Source: Convolutriloba macropyga | Taxonomy: Eukaryota | DNA: 64,000 nucleotides | Reading direction: 5' to 3' | Assembly (NCBI RefSeq): GCF_964194025.1 | Contig: NC_134468.1 | Coordinates: 20,460,001 to 20,524,000, forward strand | Part shown: positions 1 through 10,339 of the stretch, in pieces | Layout of the letters: each line of letters starts with the position of its first letter | Position numbering within the stretch: the stretch's first letter is position 1 | Notes under the pieces: generated by a model | What the model was told of the DNA's origin: nothing | The model's input: the letters and a program-made list of their open reading frames with translations, nothing else | Database searches by the model: none | Position numbers and translations under genes: made by a program

Positions 1-1433
1 CCGTTGAAAAAACTGCTCCATCATCATCAGAAAAAAAGTTAGTTTTTTCTGTCAATCAAGTCGTAAATTGTCAAAACATGACAATTACATGACAGTTACA
101 CATGTTTTTTCTTTAAAAGCATTTTTCGATGACAGGTCTCAGAATAGAACTTCACATGATGCCGCCGGTTATTGCAAAACTGCAAAAAACGGGGTTCTAA
201 CTCTTTTTTATCAGGTAGTTGGTGTTCGAATTAATGCCAGATGTTAATGGGACATGAATGGCCAGATGTTTTGGAAATCGGTGAAGGAGCAGTTTTTCGA
301 CCTCGATGCTTATGAGCAAATTTGTCAAGCATAACGAGGGCATTACAAATCTGCAAAAGAAATTTTCAATTTTTTTTTAGTTAATTAGTAATTTGGCTAA
401 TTAAGCGCTAATTAGCTCTTAATTAAGGGCTAATTAACTCATTAATTATTTGTCTAAATTTGACGAGTGTGATGAGAGTTTTTGTAGCTCATTGTCTGCG
501 GATGCCAATGAAACACTCCTTTTCATCCCAACTATTTTTGGAGCCCACTTTTTTGGGGTCAAAGGTCACTGTTAATGTGTTAAAAAACAGCAAAAAATTG
601 CGTTTTTTAATGTTTTTCTCAAAAATTTTTTCTCAAACATCTTCTTTTTTAGCATCGGAACAGCCCGTTGGCAATTAGTTGATGATACCACATCCTTCTT
701 TTACCGTGTTTTCGATAGTTTTACTTGTCATTTGATATATAAATAGTACAATTTCAAAGTTTTCACCTAAATTTTACACTTTTTCGGCACTTTTAAGTTT
801 CTTTTACTGCCTTTCTGTCAGTTTTTTCTTCCAAAACGAGCGAGTAGTATTGTTACGTTTTACAACATGACACCTAACCATCCATCTACACACATTTTGA
901 AAAATCTTATGACAATTTGTTGGTTTTTCATTCCAAGAAATTTTGATTTTTTTTGTGATTTTTTAAAATTTATTTTTACAATAGTGCTTATTAGGGACAA
1001 GTTGATGGTATTAGTTGCTATTCAACACAGCAGCCGAAGAACTCTTTGCAATGAATTGAGTAACCAGAAAAAAACTAGTAAAGATTTTGTTTTTCGTGGT
1101 TTATGTAATATGCTGAAGCAACTAATTCTTACTGTTTTAAGTTGAATAACTTTGTAAAATCCATTTCAAAGCACTCTATGAAGGAGTATAATTAAACAAA
1201 AGTTGATACTTGATTTTTAAACGTGATTTCCATAGGCTAAAATTCTAGGTTCCTGCTTATGGGATAATTCAAAAGACAGAACAAGTTCAAACATGTTCAA
1301 TTAGAGAAAAACTGAAATCTTTGCAAATTTTTCATGTATAAACACCAAATAAACGCTTACATATAATTACACAAAAGAAATAAATTATGGGAAGCTCTAA
1401 AATTAAGCAGAGAAAGTGATGCTGATAAAAAGT

Positions 1434-2177
1434 TTAGTCTTCAAAAAGCACCGAGAGATTAAAATCCGACTTTCTTTTTTTAGGTGCTCTGCATACTTTT
1501 GGCGTCTCCAAATTGTTTGGAGTGATAGTCTTATCTTCTCCATCGCTCTCTGGAACTGGTGTTTTTGGTGATTCAAAGTTTGCCTCTGAAAGCATTGTAG
1601 TATCGGGTGTTTCTTGGCTTGTCGTTCCAATTCCAAATATCCAAGGAACTTGATCTCTACTGAGTGCTGCGAAAAATGACGGGCTTGAGCTCTGAGGCGT
1701 TGTTGTAGCGCTAGGGTCACTCAGCGGAGTTGTCGGTAAGCTTTGCCCTGAAGAACTTGATGGTGATGTAGGCGATAATTGAATGCCCCAAAGACTGGCT
1801 AAATTGTCACGAGCATCTTGAGCTCCAAGTTGGTTTTCGAATAGTGGCACACAATCGCAATCATACTTGAAGAGAAGTTGCTTTGTCTCATCGGGTAATG
1901 TTGCAATGTCTTGCGGCTCACACGATTGCAGTTGTTGTGGAGGCACTAGACCACCAGAAGTTATAATACTTCCATTGGCAGGTAAGTTTTTTCCCGGCAA
2001 AGTGGCAACAAAATCGATAATTGGTTTTGGTATAATGAAGCGGTCTGATGTAATCCAATTTTTCTCAGAAAAGTCTTTATACTGTTGAATAAAAACAACA
2101 TAATTTTCGTACATAGTCTGATATACTAAAGTCCTTTGCCAGGACTCTTCAGAATCAGAGAGCAAATAAAAAGACAT
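1434..2177 (-). CDS. Polinton accessory protein; possible N-terminal PC4-like fold, S/T/P-rich tail and PKKRK NLS
   Basis: Open 247-aa ORF; TTTCAG acceptor-like site 1 nt before the ATG; C-terminus ETPKVCRAPKKRKSDFNLSVLFED. Confidence 0.6.
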   Translation of the reverse strand: MSFYLLSDSEESWQRTLVYQTMYENYVVFIQQYKDFSEKNWITSDRFIIPKPIIDFVATLPGKNLPANGSIITSGGLVPPQQLQSCEPQDIATLPDETKQLLFKYDCDCVPLFENQLGAQDARDNLASLWGIQLSPTSPSSSSGQSLPTTPLSDPSATTTPQSSSPSFFAALSRDQVPWIFGIGTTSQETPDTTMLSEANFESPKTPVPESDGEDKTITPNNLETPKVCRAPKKRKSDFNLSVLFED

Positions 2178-2494
2178 TCTGAAATTTTAAAATTTCAAAA
2201 ATTGTTCAAGCAAGCAATCGAGATCAGATAAAGAAAGAGATTGAAAGATAGAGAGCAACTAATGCCTCAGCGGAAAAGAGTCGTAGTTGTTTAAACTAAT
2301 TTGATTTTATGGTTCAGGCACTCCCTTAGGTCACAATTGTTTTCAATCCACTAACTACGATTTTGATCCCCTGCATATTACCCACAAGAAGACAAATTTA
2401 TTGAAGCTAGCTGTTATCAGTGCACCCGACCAATGTTTAACGACATATATTTATATGTCCCATGATTAGGTTTAAGCTGTTTTATGCACACAAC

Positions 2495-2805
2495 TTTTCT
2501 ACATTAAGTTTTCCTTTTATTGCCCACTTTTCCTAGTGTGTATATATATTCCTATCAATTTGATCTCTGAGCTTAATTGTAATAAAAATTCATGGACCCA
2601 ACATGTTTTACTGCACGTGTTAATATATAAACAAACACGTGCGTTATAGAATAGTAGTTTTCTACATGTTCAGTGTTCCTTTTGCCCACATTTTCTGACA
2701 CGTGTTTTATGTCTTCTTATCAATTTGATCTTTGAACTCTCTTTGCAATAAAATTCCATGGACCACGCACGTGTTAATAATTGAACAAACATGTGTTTTA
2801 CAGAA
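2495..2805. repeat. Imperfect ~160-bp direct duplication in the divergent intergenic region
   Basis: TTTTCTACAT..TGCCCAC..TATCAATTTGATCT..CATGGACC..GCACGTGTTAATA..AACAAACA occurs twice in the same order. Confidence 0.8.
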
Positions 2806-2830
2806 AGGTTTCCAAGTTAAAATGAATTAA

Positions 2831-2865
2831 CAGACTCAAGTACGCCGCTGGCGTACTTGAGTCTG
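2831..2865. other. Perfect 16-bp inverted repeat with 3-nt loop (candidate origin or cruciform)
   Basis: CAGACTCAAGTACGCC-GCT-GGCGTACTTGAGTCTG; the arms are exact reverse complements. Confidence 0.95.
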
Positions 2866-3034
2866 CATTTTCACACATGTAAACCTGTTTGCAATTAAAG
2901 ACAGAGACGACACTTGTTTAATCCAAGCTTGCCGCGCCACTTTGGTGTGAGTGTTTCTTCTAGGTGGTCTGTTAAATTTTATATCGCATTTCAAAAGAAC
3001 CTGTTATCAGTATAACCAAAGACTAAGTTGAAAT

Positions 3035-3355
3035 ATGCCGTTTTCTGCCACAAAAGATTCTGAGTTTGGGGATAGTTATTAAGATATTTCAAAGACGGAA
3101 AAACGTCTAATCAGGGCCACGCTCAAAACTTATGAGAAGACTGGAACGTATGTGTTTCTGAAACTATTCAAGAAAGTTGACGACGATTACGAATTTCAAC
3201 AACGGCTGTCACTAACTACCGAAGAATTTGATAAACTTATTAAAAAAGCGCCAAAAATTATGGAAACTTTTCCACTCAGTTCACAAGAAGCTGAATCAAA
3301 ATCGAAGACTGACGGACCTTCTCCTGCTAAGAAAACGAAATTTAGCGCAACATAA
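3035..3355 (+). pseudogene. PC4-like ssDNA-binding protein, one premature stop
   Basis: ATG at 3035 is in frame with ORF 3152-3355; TAA at 3080-3082. Reads KRLIRATLKTYEKTGTYVFLKLFKK..QQRLSLTTEEFDKL, matching the PC4 beta-hairpin/'SLTxEE' pattern; C-terminal PAKKTK NLS-like. Confidence 0.6.
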
Positions 3356-3360
3356 AAGTC

Positions 3361-4086
3361 ATGATTGAGGCAATGTTTGAGCGTTCACCTAGTTACTTCA
3401 AACAGTTTCAGAAACAGTTTAAATTTTTAGTCACTAATGAAAAAATTAACTGGTCAAGCGTGAAAAATTTTGCAGTGTGTTCCCATTTCGATTCAGAATT
3501 TTGTCAGTTGACAACAACGACATCTACTAACCATTTTCATGTTCTGATAGATACATCAGAAGCAGCAACAACTTACAATAACATTTTCAAACGAAACAAG
3601 GCTTTCCCCGTATCTTGTCTTTTCACAACTTTTCGATACTTGTTTTCATCAGCAGTGGATTTGGAGACAAAAGGCGATGTCTTTTTTAAATTGAAGTTAG
3701 CGGTTGATTTCAACATTAAGAATGAAGAAAAACCTGAGCCTGCAGCAACAGTGCGGAAGCGTTTACCAGCAATTGTTACTTTATCACAACAGCTACAAAC
3801 GAAAACTGCTGGAAACTCAAACAAAAATAATGGAAATACTGTGAAGTCAGTGAAAACAACGGTGGCGCAGAAGTCAGTACACAACATGATTTTGCCGGGA
3901 AAGCAAACTCAAACAGACAATTTCAGTAGTGAAACTTTGCGTAGATTTGAATCAATTTTAACTGGTCCTCATTCTGGTGCATTTTGTCGGATTATGGATA
4001 TTTTTGTGAGTGGTTATGGAAATTTGAATATTGATACTGATTTGTTGTTCATTCGTTTTGTGTATGAAGAAAAAATTAAATTTTGA
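3361..4086 (+). CDS. Putative HUH-superfamily (rolling-circle-type) endonuclease domain protein, no helicase domain
   Basis: Motif order FKFLVT ... FAVCSH ... NHFHVLID (HUH) ... FRYLF (candidate catalytic Tyr), then a low-complexity linker and a small C-terminal domain. Confidence 0.5.
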   Translation: MIEAMFERSPSYFKQFQKQFKFLVTNEKINWSSVKNFAVCSHFDSEFCQLTTTTSTNHFHVLIDTSEAATTYNNIFKRNKAFPVSCLFTTFRYLFSSAVDLETKGDVFFKLKLAVDFNIKNEEKPEPAATVRKRLPAIVTLSQQLQTKTAGNSNKNNGNTVKSVKTTVAQKSVHNMILPGKQTQTDNFSSETLRRFESILTGPHSGAFCRIMDIFVSGYGNLNIDTDLLFIRFVYEEKIKF

Positions 4087-4118
4087 AAAAATTGAATTTC
4101 ATTCAAACATTAGTAGTG

Positions 4119-4553
4119 TTAGGTCATCATCATATGGAGAGCAAACCGTATCAAATCATTATCACTACATTTAACAATGGGCTGAAAACTGAAAATAAGA
4201 TGAGCAATATAAATACAAAAAAGTCCACATAGTTTTGAGTCTCGACTTTGTATGGGCTGGTTTTCTAGAACTTGACATAGCTGAACATCTCCTTGGGTAG
4301 AAACCAGTCTTCGATATACATTCTTATAGAACAAAATTGGTTGCCCCAGAGGATCGGCAAAAATCAAATTCTTGTTTTTGACGCATAATAGGAGCCAATG
4401 TGTTCCAGCATTGTCAGACGTTGATGCATTGACTATTATAAATGAATTTGGTTGCAAAATTTTAGGGAAATTATTTGCTGCAAAGACACCCAGAAATTTG
4501 TGCTTCAGTAGCTTGCAGCGCTGTATTAAATCATTTACTTCGTCTTCGTTCAT
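4119..4553 (-). CDS. Adenain-like cysteine (maturation) protease
   Basis: FLGVF, IIVN..GTHW, FADPLG and IQ..CGLFC motifs (His/Asp/Gln/Cys) of the adenovirus/Polinton protease. Confidence 0.93.
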   Translation of the reverse strand: MNEDEVNDLIQRCKLLKHKFLGVFAANNFPKILQPNSFIIVNASTSDNAGTHWLLLCVKNKNLIFADPLGQPILFYKNVYRRLVSTQGDVQLCQVLENQPIQSRDSKLCGLFCIYIAHLIFSFQPIVKCSDNDLIRFALHMMMT

Positions 4554-5861
4554 TAATTTGTCAATATATGGTTTTTCGACACACGTCGTGCACTGTCAAC
4601 GTAAATTGTACTTGTTTTTTCGCCAATTATAAAAATTTCAATATTGTTTGGAAGAGCCGCTGAGAACTTCAGTTCCACGGTTATTGAACTGTTTGTCAGC
4701 TCCGGGTGAATAAAATCATGGGAAGTCTGTTGCGTGCTGGTAAGGTCAAAAACCATAAGGAAATGGCTGGGATACTCGCTCAGTTTAATTCCATGACCGT
4801 TGTCAATATAAGCCAAGTCGGATATTGTGTTAAAATAGAGACTTTTATTGTCATCTGTTGATATTGGACTATCCGCAACAGGCAGTCCGTTGCAATAAAT
4901 ATATATTTGTTCGAGGCCAAATTTCCGATAATGAAACGGGTTGAGCCTGTTATTGCCTAAGAAAGCTTCGTTAGTGTTTAAACAAATTGCAAGTCTGCGA
5001 ATTGGTTCCCGCGAGAAAATATCCTCTTGCTTCCAACTATGGAGACCAGCTGAAGCCAAAAACGTTTTTGTTATGGTTTCGAAGGTGGGATAAGATGCAG
5101 GACTACTTAACAAGGTTTTTTCAATGGCTGACATAACGTCATCATTTAGCGTCATCTTGCGGACATACAAATTGGCTTCTAAAATTTCTACTTTGTAGTG
5201 TTTTGCAGGGTCATCGGACATGATGACAAAGTCATCAATAGAGCGTCTGAAAGCAATGCGAAGCGTAACACCGCTAAGCAGATGTCGATCACAGGTGAAG
5301 AAGTCAACGGCAACTTTTCCATAAAAAGCGCACTCGGCTGATTTTTTAACTAATTCTTTTCTCCTGTCAATTTCTGGGTTCGCTAACGTAGCCGGGTTCT
5401 CTTCGAATGAGTAGCCTTGACATGCTAGCCATGTGTTTTTTGCGTCTTTGTTGTGTGAAAATTTGGTCTCGATAAAACTTTTATGCGCATAGTTCCCGTT
5501 GGCATTTGATAATTTTAGTCCATTAGCAGATACCGTACAATCAGAAAATAATGAATGTAACACATTGTTGCAAAAGTATGGAGCATCCGTTTTCGCTTTG
5601 TCAGTAGGAGCTCCTGCATCATATTTCAAATCAGCTCCAGACGACTGAACAATTTTACATTTGATTTCGAGAAAAATTTTTTGTAAATCTATAAAATTGT
5701 TTCGATCACCAGAGACTTCAAACTCTAACATAGGTCCATTTGGACTGTAGACAGGCCCCAATTTTGGCAGAAACTTCCATCAAACGTTACTAAGAGAGCT
5801 GGCTTTTAAAATAAATCCAGAAACTGTGAGTTGCTTCTGTTGGCAACAAATTAGAGATCAT
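4553..5861 (-). pseudogene. Major capsid protein (double jelly-roll, hexon-like); 5' end disrupted
   Basis: ORF 4553-5761 (LEFEVSGDRNNFIDLQ, NPFHY, FLMVFDLT). Upstream MISNLLPTEATHS/LDLF*KPALLVTFDGSFCQ is recoverable from ATG 5861 with two frameshifts and one stop. Confidence 0.88.
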
Positions 5862-6288
5862 CGTTAACTTTGGCGAAAAAACCTGACCGACTTCTTTTCA
5901 GGGGCCTCCGAGTGAAAATGATGTTTTTCCGTTTGGTTACTGCTGCTGACTTTTTGGATGAGCTCTTTGACCGACTTCTTAGTCTACGTTGTCGTAGTGT
6001 TCTTTTCCGTGATCCGCCGGTCTGTTTTTTTACTGTATTAGAAATGGTGTTCTTGAACGCTTGCTTTGGAGATTTTTTACTGCTTACTACGTCTAGTAGC
6101 TCCGGAACGCTCTGTTTCAACAGTTCCTTTCCAATTCGTTTGGCAGTCGGTAGAATGAATCGACGCGCTAAGGGTAGAGCAACACGGCCAATACCCGCAG
6201 CCAAAGCTCCGAAGCCACTACCTCTTTGTCGATAGTATCCAGAAAAATGCGGCAAAGAAGTTGCTTGATTTGCGTAGTATGAATCCAT
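5851..6288 (-). CDS. Basic virion core/membrane-active protein (YY..Q..QRGxGxG family)
   Basis: YYANQ..QRGSGFG, amphipathic helix, QTGG putative protease site, Arg/Lys-rich tail; lies between penton and MCP. Confidence 0.75.
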   Translation of the reverse strand: MDSYYANQATSLPHFSGYYRQRGSGFGALAAGIGRVALPLARRFILPTAKRIGKELLKQSVPELLDVVSSKKSPKQAFKNTISNTVKKQTGGSRKRTLRQRRLRSRSKSSSKKSAAVTKRKNIIFTRRPLKRSRSGFFAKVNDDL

Positions 6289-6289
6289 T

Positions 6290-7173
6290 TTAACTTGAAA
6301 ACTTTTTGAATTGTAAAGTCAAGAGAACTTTTCCTGTTCCCGAGAAGGGAACCAAGTCACCTGTTTCTGTTCGCAGCTCAATAGAAATGGATTGAATTGT
6401 GTTTGTCAGTAGCTTTTTGTAATCCAAGTTCGAAAAAACTATTCGATGTGTTGGTTCAACTTCGCACACACTACCGTTTTTTAGACGCTGTTTTGAATCA
6501 ATGACTCGTAAAAGAGGCGCTTTGGCATCACCCACGTACTGATATTCAATAATGTTTGCATATACAAATATCAAGTGTTTACCCGCCAACAGATCCGCTG
6601 GTAGCTCTCCATAATAAGCTTTTGTGTCGTCACTTTTCATTAGTTTATCTGCAGTCGTGTTCATTTTATAGCCAATATGGATACCATTGCCATCAGGAAC
6701 TCCCTCAAAACCAAGGATATTGGAATTTCCTTGCTTAGAAACGTAATCCCTTCACGTTTTCCAAACAAAATTTCGTATTTTCCAGAATTTTTTATTTCTC
6801 TGAAGGAAAAGTGAGGCAGTCCGGCTGTACGCTTTATTAATGCTAGAAGCTGATTTACTGTTTCAAATGTCCCTGGAATAAAGCCCAATTTTGATCCATT
6901 GTATGGTCGTGAGATAACATTGGCATCTGCGGCCCTTTTCGTAGCTTCTTCATATTCTTTCAAGCTGAAAGCAATAAAATCCCCCTCCACAACGTTTTCA
7001 ATTTTCGTTGGAAAGATAATTTCACTTAACGCTACCCTCCAGTCGCCAGAAAGTTGAATTTCATCATTAAAAAAATTTCGAAATGACGCCAGTGTATTTG
7101 ATTTGAATATTTGCATCGATGCAGATGATATAACATGTACTGTGAACTCATCTTCAAATTGATTTCGAGCCAT
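6290..7173 (-). pseudogene. Minor capsid protein (penton), split by a 1-nt frameshift near 6720
   Basis: N-terminal SSASMQIFKSNTLASFRN..LSGDWRVALSEI and C-terminal IFVYANII..VGDAKAPLLRVI..ISIELR..TLQF. Frame correction gives continuous IP-ILGFEGVPDGNGIHIGYKMNT. Confidence 0.9.
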
Positions 7174-7174
7174 T

Positions 7175-8284
7175 TTATTCGCTGCGTTCACGAACCAGTT
7201 GTAATTCTGGTTGATAGAATTTACCCTCTATTTTTTCTTTGTTTGCGTCAATAATAGAGTAGGTTGGCGGTGACAACGTCGGAATATCTGTAATCTCAAA
7301 TACCTCGTCAGTAAAGGATTGTTTGTATCCCTTTCTGAACGCTTTGTCCTTTTTGACAATTCTAACAAAGTCTCCGATATAAAACTTGGGTTTTTGACGG
7401 ATACTTGTTTGAGCACTCAGTGAGACCAGCCTCGGTACATCTTTCTTTGTAACCTTATTTGGGGCAGGTTTAGTGACCCGGTTAACACGTGAATTAATTG
7501 TGTTCACAAACTGATCCAATTTATCAATATAAGAGTATGTTCACTTTTCTTCAAGGTATTTGTAGATGATATTTTTCAGCGAGCGAATGCTTCTTTCTGC
7601 AAAAGCAGACTTTTTTTCACTGAAGGTGCTATATAAATGAATCCCTCTTTTCTCACACATGCTTTTGAAAGCTCCAAGAAACTCTGTACCATCGTCAACC
7701 CATACTTTTAATGGTTGTTTGTACTTAATCATTTTTTTGAATGCTTGGGCTGCTTCTGTTGCATATTTAGTTTTCATTGGTTCTACTCTTAGATATCGTG
7801 ACAGACAGTCAACTGCTACCAAAAGGTATTTGACATCTCGATTGTACTTTGCAAGTTTATCAACATGAGCTAAATCCAGAGACCAAATTTCATTAATGTC
7901 CTTTACAATGACTTTCAGTCTTGGAAACCTTGAACGAATTGAGCGGTATTTTGTGAAGGATGGTTTTGCTTCTAAATATGACCTCACTTTAGCCATTGAC
8001 ATTTTGCTTTGTGTATGAAGTCGCTTTGGGCTACCAAAAGAAGCAGGGCCTTTTGAATAAAGCTGCTCCAAGGTTTTTCTCTCAGAAGAAGAAAGGATCC
8101 CATTTTTTCGGTTGACTCTCTTTTTTGTTTGTCTTTTTGATTTTGACCTTTTTTCCTGTTGTGGCTCGTTTTGGGTTACCGCTTCCTGATTGTGGACTTT
8201 GTTGGGTTGGGAAGAATTCTTGTTCACTTTCATAGGCTTGTATAATTTGCTTGGCGTAAGTGTTTGCAACAAGTTCAGGCTCAA
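7175..8284 (-). pseudogene. Retroviral-type (rve) DDE integrase of Polinton, one in-frame stop at 7541-7543; start uncertain
   Basis: WSLDL, VDCLSRY, VDDGTEF, KSAFAERSIRSLK, then K*TYSYIDKLDQFV read-through into KPKFYIGDFVRI..FRKGY..GKFYQPEL. Confidence 0.95.
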
Positions 8285-8822
8285 CCGGGAGAAGAGCTAA
8301 AATTTTAGAGTATTCTGATTGATCAATTTTTTTAGTAGGCTGCTGTAAATCATACAAAAACTTGGAGACTTGTACACTTGTTGGTTCTTGATTGATGTAT
8401 AGTAACTTGCTTTCCTCTCCAATTGTAACTGCTTCCGATTGGAAGATAAGATCAAGCAAGATTTCTGCACGTTGGATTTTGTATCTTTCTTTCAGTTTCA
8501 CTAGCCCCATTATTGATTCAAAATTTGCGGGGGCACTTTCTGGTTTTTTTGTGACAACTGGATCAATTTCGCTGTCATCACTAATCGAGTCCATTTTTTC
8601 GGGCTCGTCTACTTGTTTTTCCCGCTCTGTTAACACTGGCTCGGTTTGAACTACTCCATCTGTTCTTTCCACGCTGTCCTCGGAACTTGGCATATTTCTC
8701 TGCATGAGTGTTAACTGAGCTGCTTTGTTTCTATAGGCTGGGTTGTGGAGAATTTCGCTTTTTAATGGTTGTTTCGACATGAACATTCGCTTCGGAATCA
8801 GAACAAATTCTTCTGCATGCAT
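8082..8822 (-). CDS. Conserved Polinton protein of unknown function upstream of integrase
   Basis: 246-aa ORF with MHAEEFVLIP N-terminus, in the usual position between the ATPase region and the integrase. Confidence 0.6.
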   Translation of the reverse strand: MHAEEFVLIPKRMFMSKQPLKSEILHNPAYRNKAAQLTLMQRNMPSSEDSVERTDGVVQTEPVLTEREKQVDEPEKMDSISDDSEIDPVVTKKPESAPANFESIMGLVKLKERYKIQRAEILLDLIFQSEAVTIGEESKLLYINQEPTSVQVSKFLYDLQQPTKKIDQSEYSKILALLPVEPELVANTYAKQIIQAYESEQEFFPTQQSPQSGSGNPKRATTGKKVKIKKTNKKESQPKKWDPFFF

Positions 8823-9120
8823 TATGATTTTTCAGGTACAGAAAACAAGCAAAGCTAACCGTTTTTACTAGTTCTATTTCTCTCGCAAAAATTTCCTTTT
8901 TTGTCTTCCAACTTGTCTGTTTAGATAAAATTTTTCTGAATGAGCTTTCTGCGGTCTCTATCAAGTTTTTGTTGATGGGCACGTTACCATTAACTACGTT
9001 CAGGAAGCATTCGCAAAGAAAATAAATAAACTTTTTAGTTGCTGACTTGATTAACTTTTTTAACTTGATATCCGATACTTGTAGCATTTGCTGAAGCATA
9101 CATATTTCTTTCTCTTTCAT
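8731..9120 (-). CDS. Small conserved Polinton protein (CECxxNxxxGNVP motif)
   Basis: LIKSA..FLCECFLNVVNGNVPI motif seen in small proteins next to Polinton ATPases. Confidence 0.65.
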   Translation of the reverse strand: MKEKEICMLQQMLQVSDIKLKKLIKSATKKFIYFLCECFLNVVNGNVPINKNLIETAESSFRKILSKQTSWKTKKEIFAREIELVKTVSFACFLYLKNHNACRRICSDSEANVHVETTIKKRNSPQPSL

Positions 9121-9760
9121 CGGTTAAAATTGTAATAACAGCTTTTGCTGGAGGTAAGTAAAAAATTGAGGGGCCTGGAGGCACAATATTAGAGGAATAA
9201 CGTAACGCGTCTGACGTTTTTGGGTCCAGATCAATTAATAAATGACCAAAAGGTTGCTTTGTTGCTAACTCATAACTTTCTCTTAAAAATTGTGTGTTGT
9301 TGAGTTGTCGACCAATTAAACCAATTTGTTGAACATCACGAGGCGATTTAAATAAAATAATGTGTGTTGTATTAAGATCAATAGTTCTGGACCATTTGCT
9401 CTGTTGAAATAAGTTGTGTTTCACGTATATCACACTGATTTTCTTATGACGTCCAGCTGTCGCTAATTTAGAAAATTTTTTATCATTAAAAATTTCTTCA
9501 CATGAATCGTCAAATACCAAAAGGCAATCATCTAGTTCTGATATTTGCTCAAAACTGGAAAACTTCATAAACTGAATGTTTATTTTTCTCTCAATGAACT
9601 GAAATTTAGGTTGTTCATGCTGGTAGAAATAAAATATTGATTCAAACTTGGGTGAGGTGTTTTGAAGTAACATTTTGAAAATCAATTCAGTTTTTCCACA
9701 ACATGATGGGCAACAAACAGCCATAAAAAGTCTATCGGTAGTTGAAATTATTTTATTCAT
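9035..9760 (-). CDS. A32/FtsK-like DNA packaging ATPase
   Basis: Walker A (C)PSCCGKT with the first Gly replaced, Walker B LLVFDD, GRH..ISVIY..HNLF, FKSPRD. Confidence 0.93.
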   Translation of the reverse strand: MNKIISTTDRLFMAVCCPSCCGKTELIFKMLLQNTSPKFESIFYFYQHEQPKFQFIERKINIQFMKFSSFEQISELDDCLLVFDDSCEEIFNDKKFSKLATAGRHKKISVIYVKHNLFQQSKWSRTIDLNTTHIILFKSPRDVQQIGLIGRQLNNTQFLRESYELATKQPFGHLLIDLDPKTSDALRYSSNIVPPGPSIFYLPPAKAVITILTDERERNMYASANATSIGYQVKKVNQVSN

Positions 9761-10031
9761 AGTTTCGGGTTAGGTAGAGCGTATCCGACTGTGCAAAAAG
9801 GAGTGAAAACCAGAATGTTGATTCTTCACAATCGAGTTTAAAAAACACCAATTTGACCAAAGAAACACCTATAAGAAAAATTATTATGAAAATTTGGGTA
9901 AAATAAACCACCTCAGATCTTGGAACTCTAGAGTTACAAAACCGCCAAGATCGCCTTTCTTGGTGATTTTCGTCAAAAACTAAGTCAGTTATAGCTCCTC
10001 CAGCGTCAATGGTGTCCTCGGGTTGGGTCAT
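9753..10031 (-). CDS. Small membrane protein (1-2 TM helices)
   Basis: Hydrophobic VVYFTQIFIIIFLIGVSLVKLVFF and FWFSLLF segments. Confidence 0.6.
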   Translation of the reverse strand: MTQPEDTIDAGGAITDLVFDENHQERRSWRFCNSRVPRSEVVYFTQIFIIIFLIGVSLVKLVFFKLDCEESTFWFSLLFAQSDTLYLTRNYE

Positions 10032-10084
10032 TTGAAACAGTTTATTAAATTAAACAATGAAATGAAACTCACGCTCATGCATAA

Positions 10085-10339
10085 TTATTTGAGAATAAAA
10101 AACTCATAACAAACAAATTGTGAGTTTTCATCAGTTTTTTTGTAAGCAATAGTATAGTTTGCATTCACATTGTCAGTTTTATCTCTGAACACAACTGACT
10201 CAACGTTGCTGTCTCTGATGCTCTCCTTAATTTCAGCCGGAAGACGTTCATCTGTTGGAGATATCTGAACTGGTACTGCATGCTTGGGCATAGGTAAAGG
10301 GATTAGTTTCAGACTTCGCGCTTTCTCTTGAATAGACAT
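10085..10339 (-). CDS. Hypothetical Polinton protein
   Basis: 84-aa ATG-started ORF tiled within the co-oriented gene block. Confidence 0.45.
   Translation of the reverse strand: MSIQEKARSLKLIPLPMPKHAVPVQISPTDERLPAEIKESIRDSNVESVVFRDKTDNVNANYTIAYKKTDENSQFVCYEFFILK

Noticed and set aside
843-870. AGTAGT as a possible left Polinton terminus
   Set aside because: The following sequence does not match the reverse complement of the right end.
1403-8649. Antisense and alternate-frame ORFs in the Polinton (1403-1720, 1867-2088, 3573-3887, 4372-4663, 5870-6235, 7659-7868, 8392-8649)
   Set aside because: They overlap better-supported genes and have no motifs.
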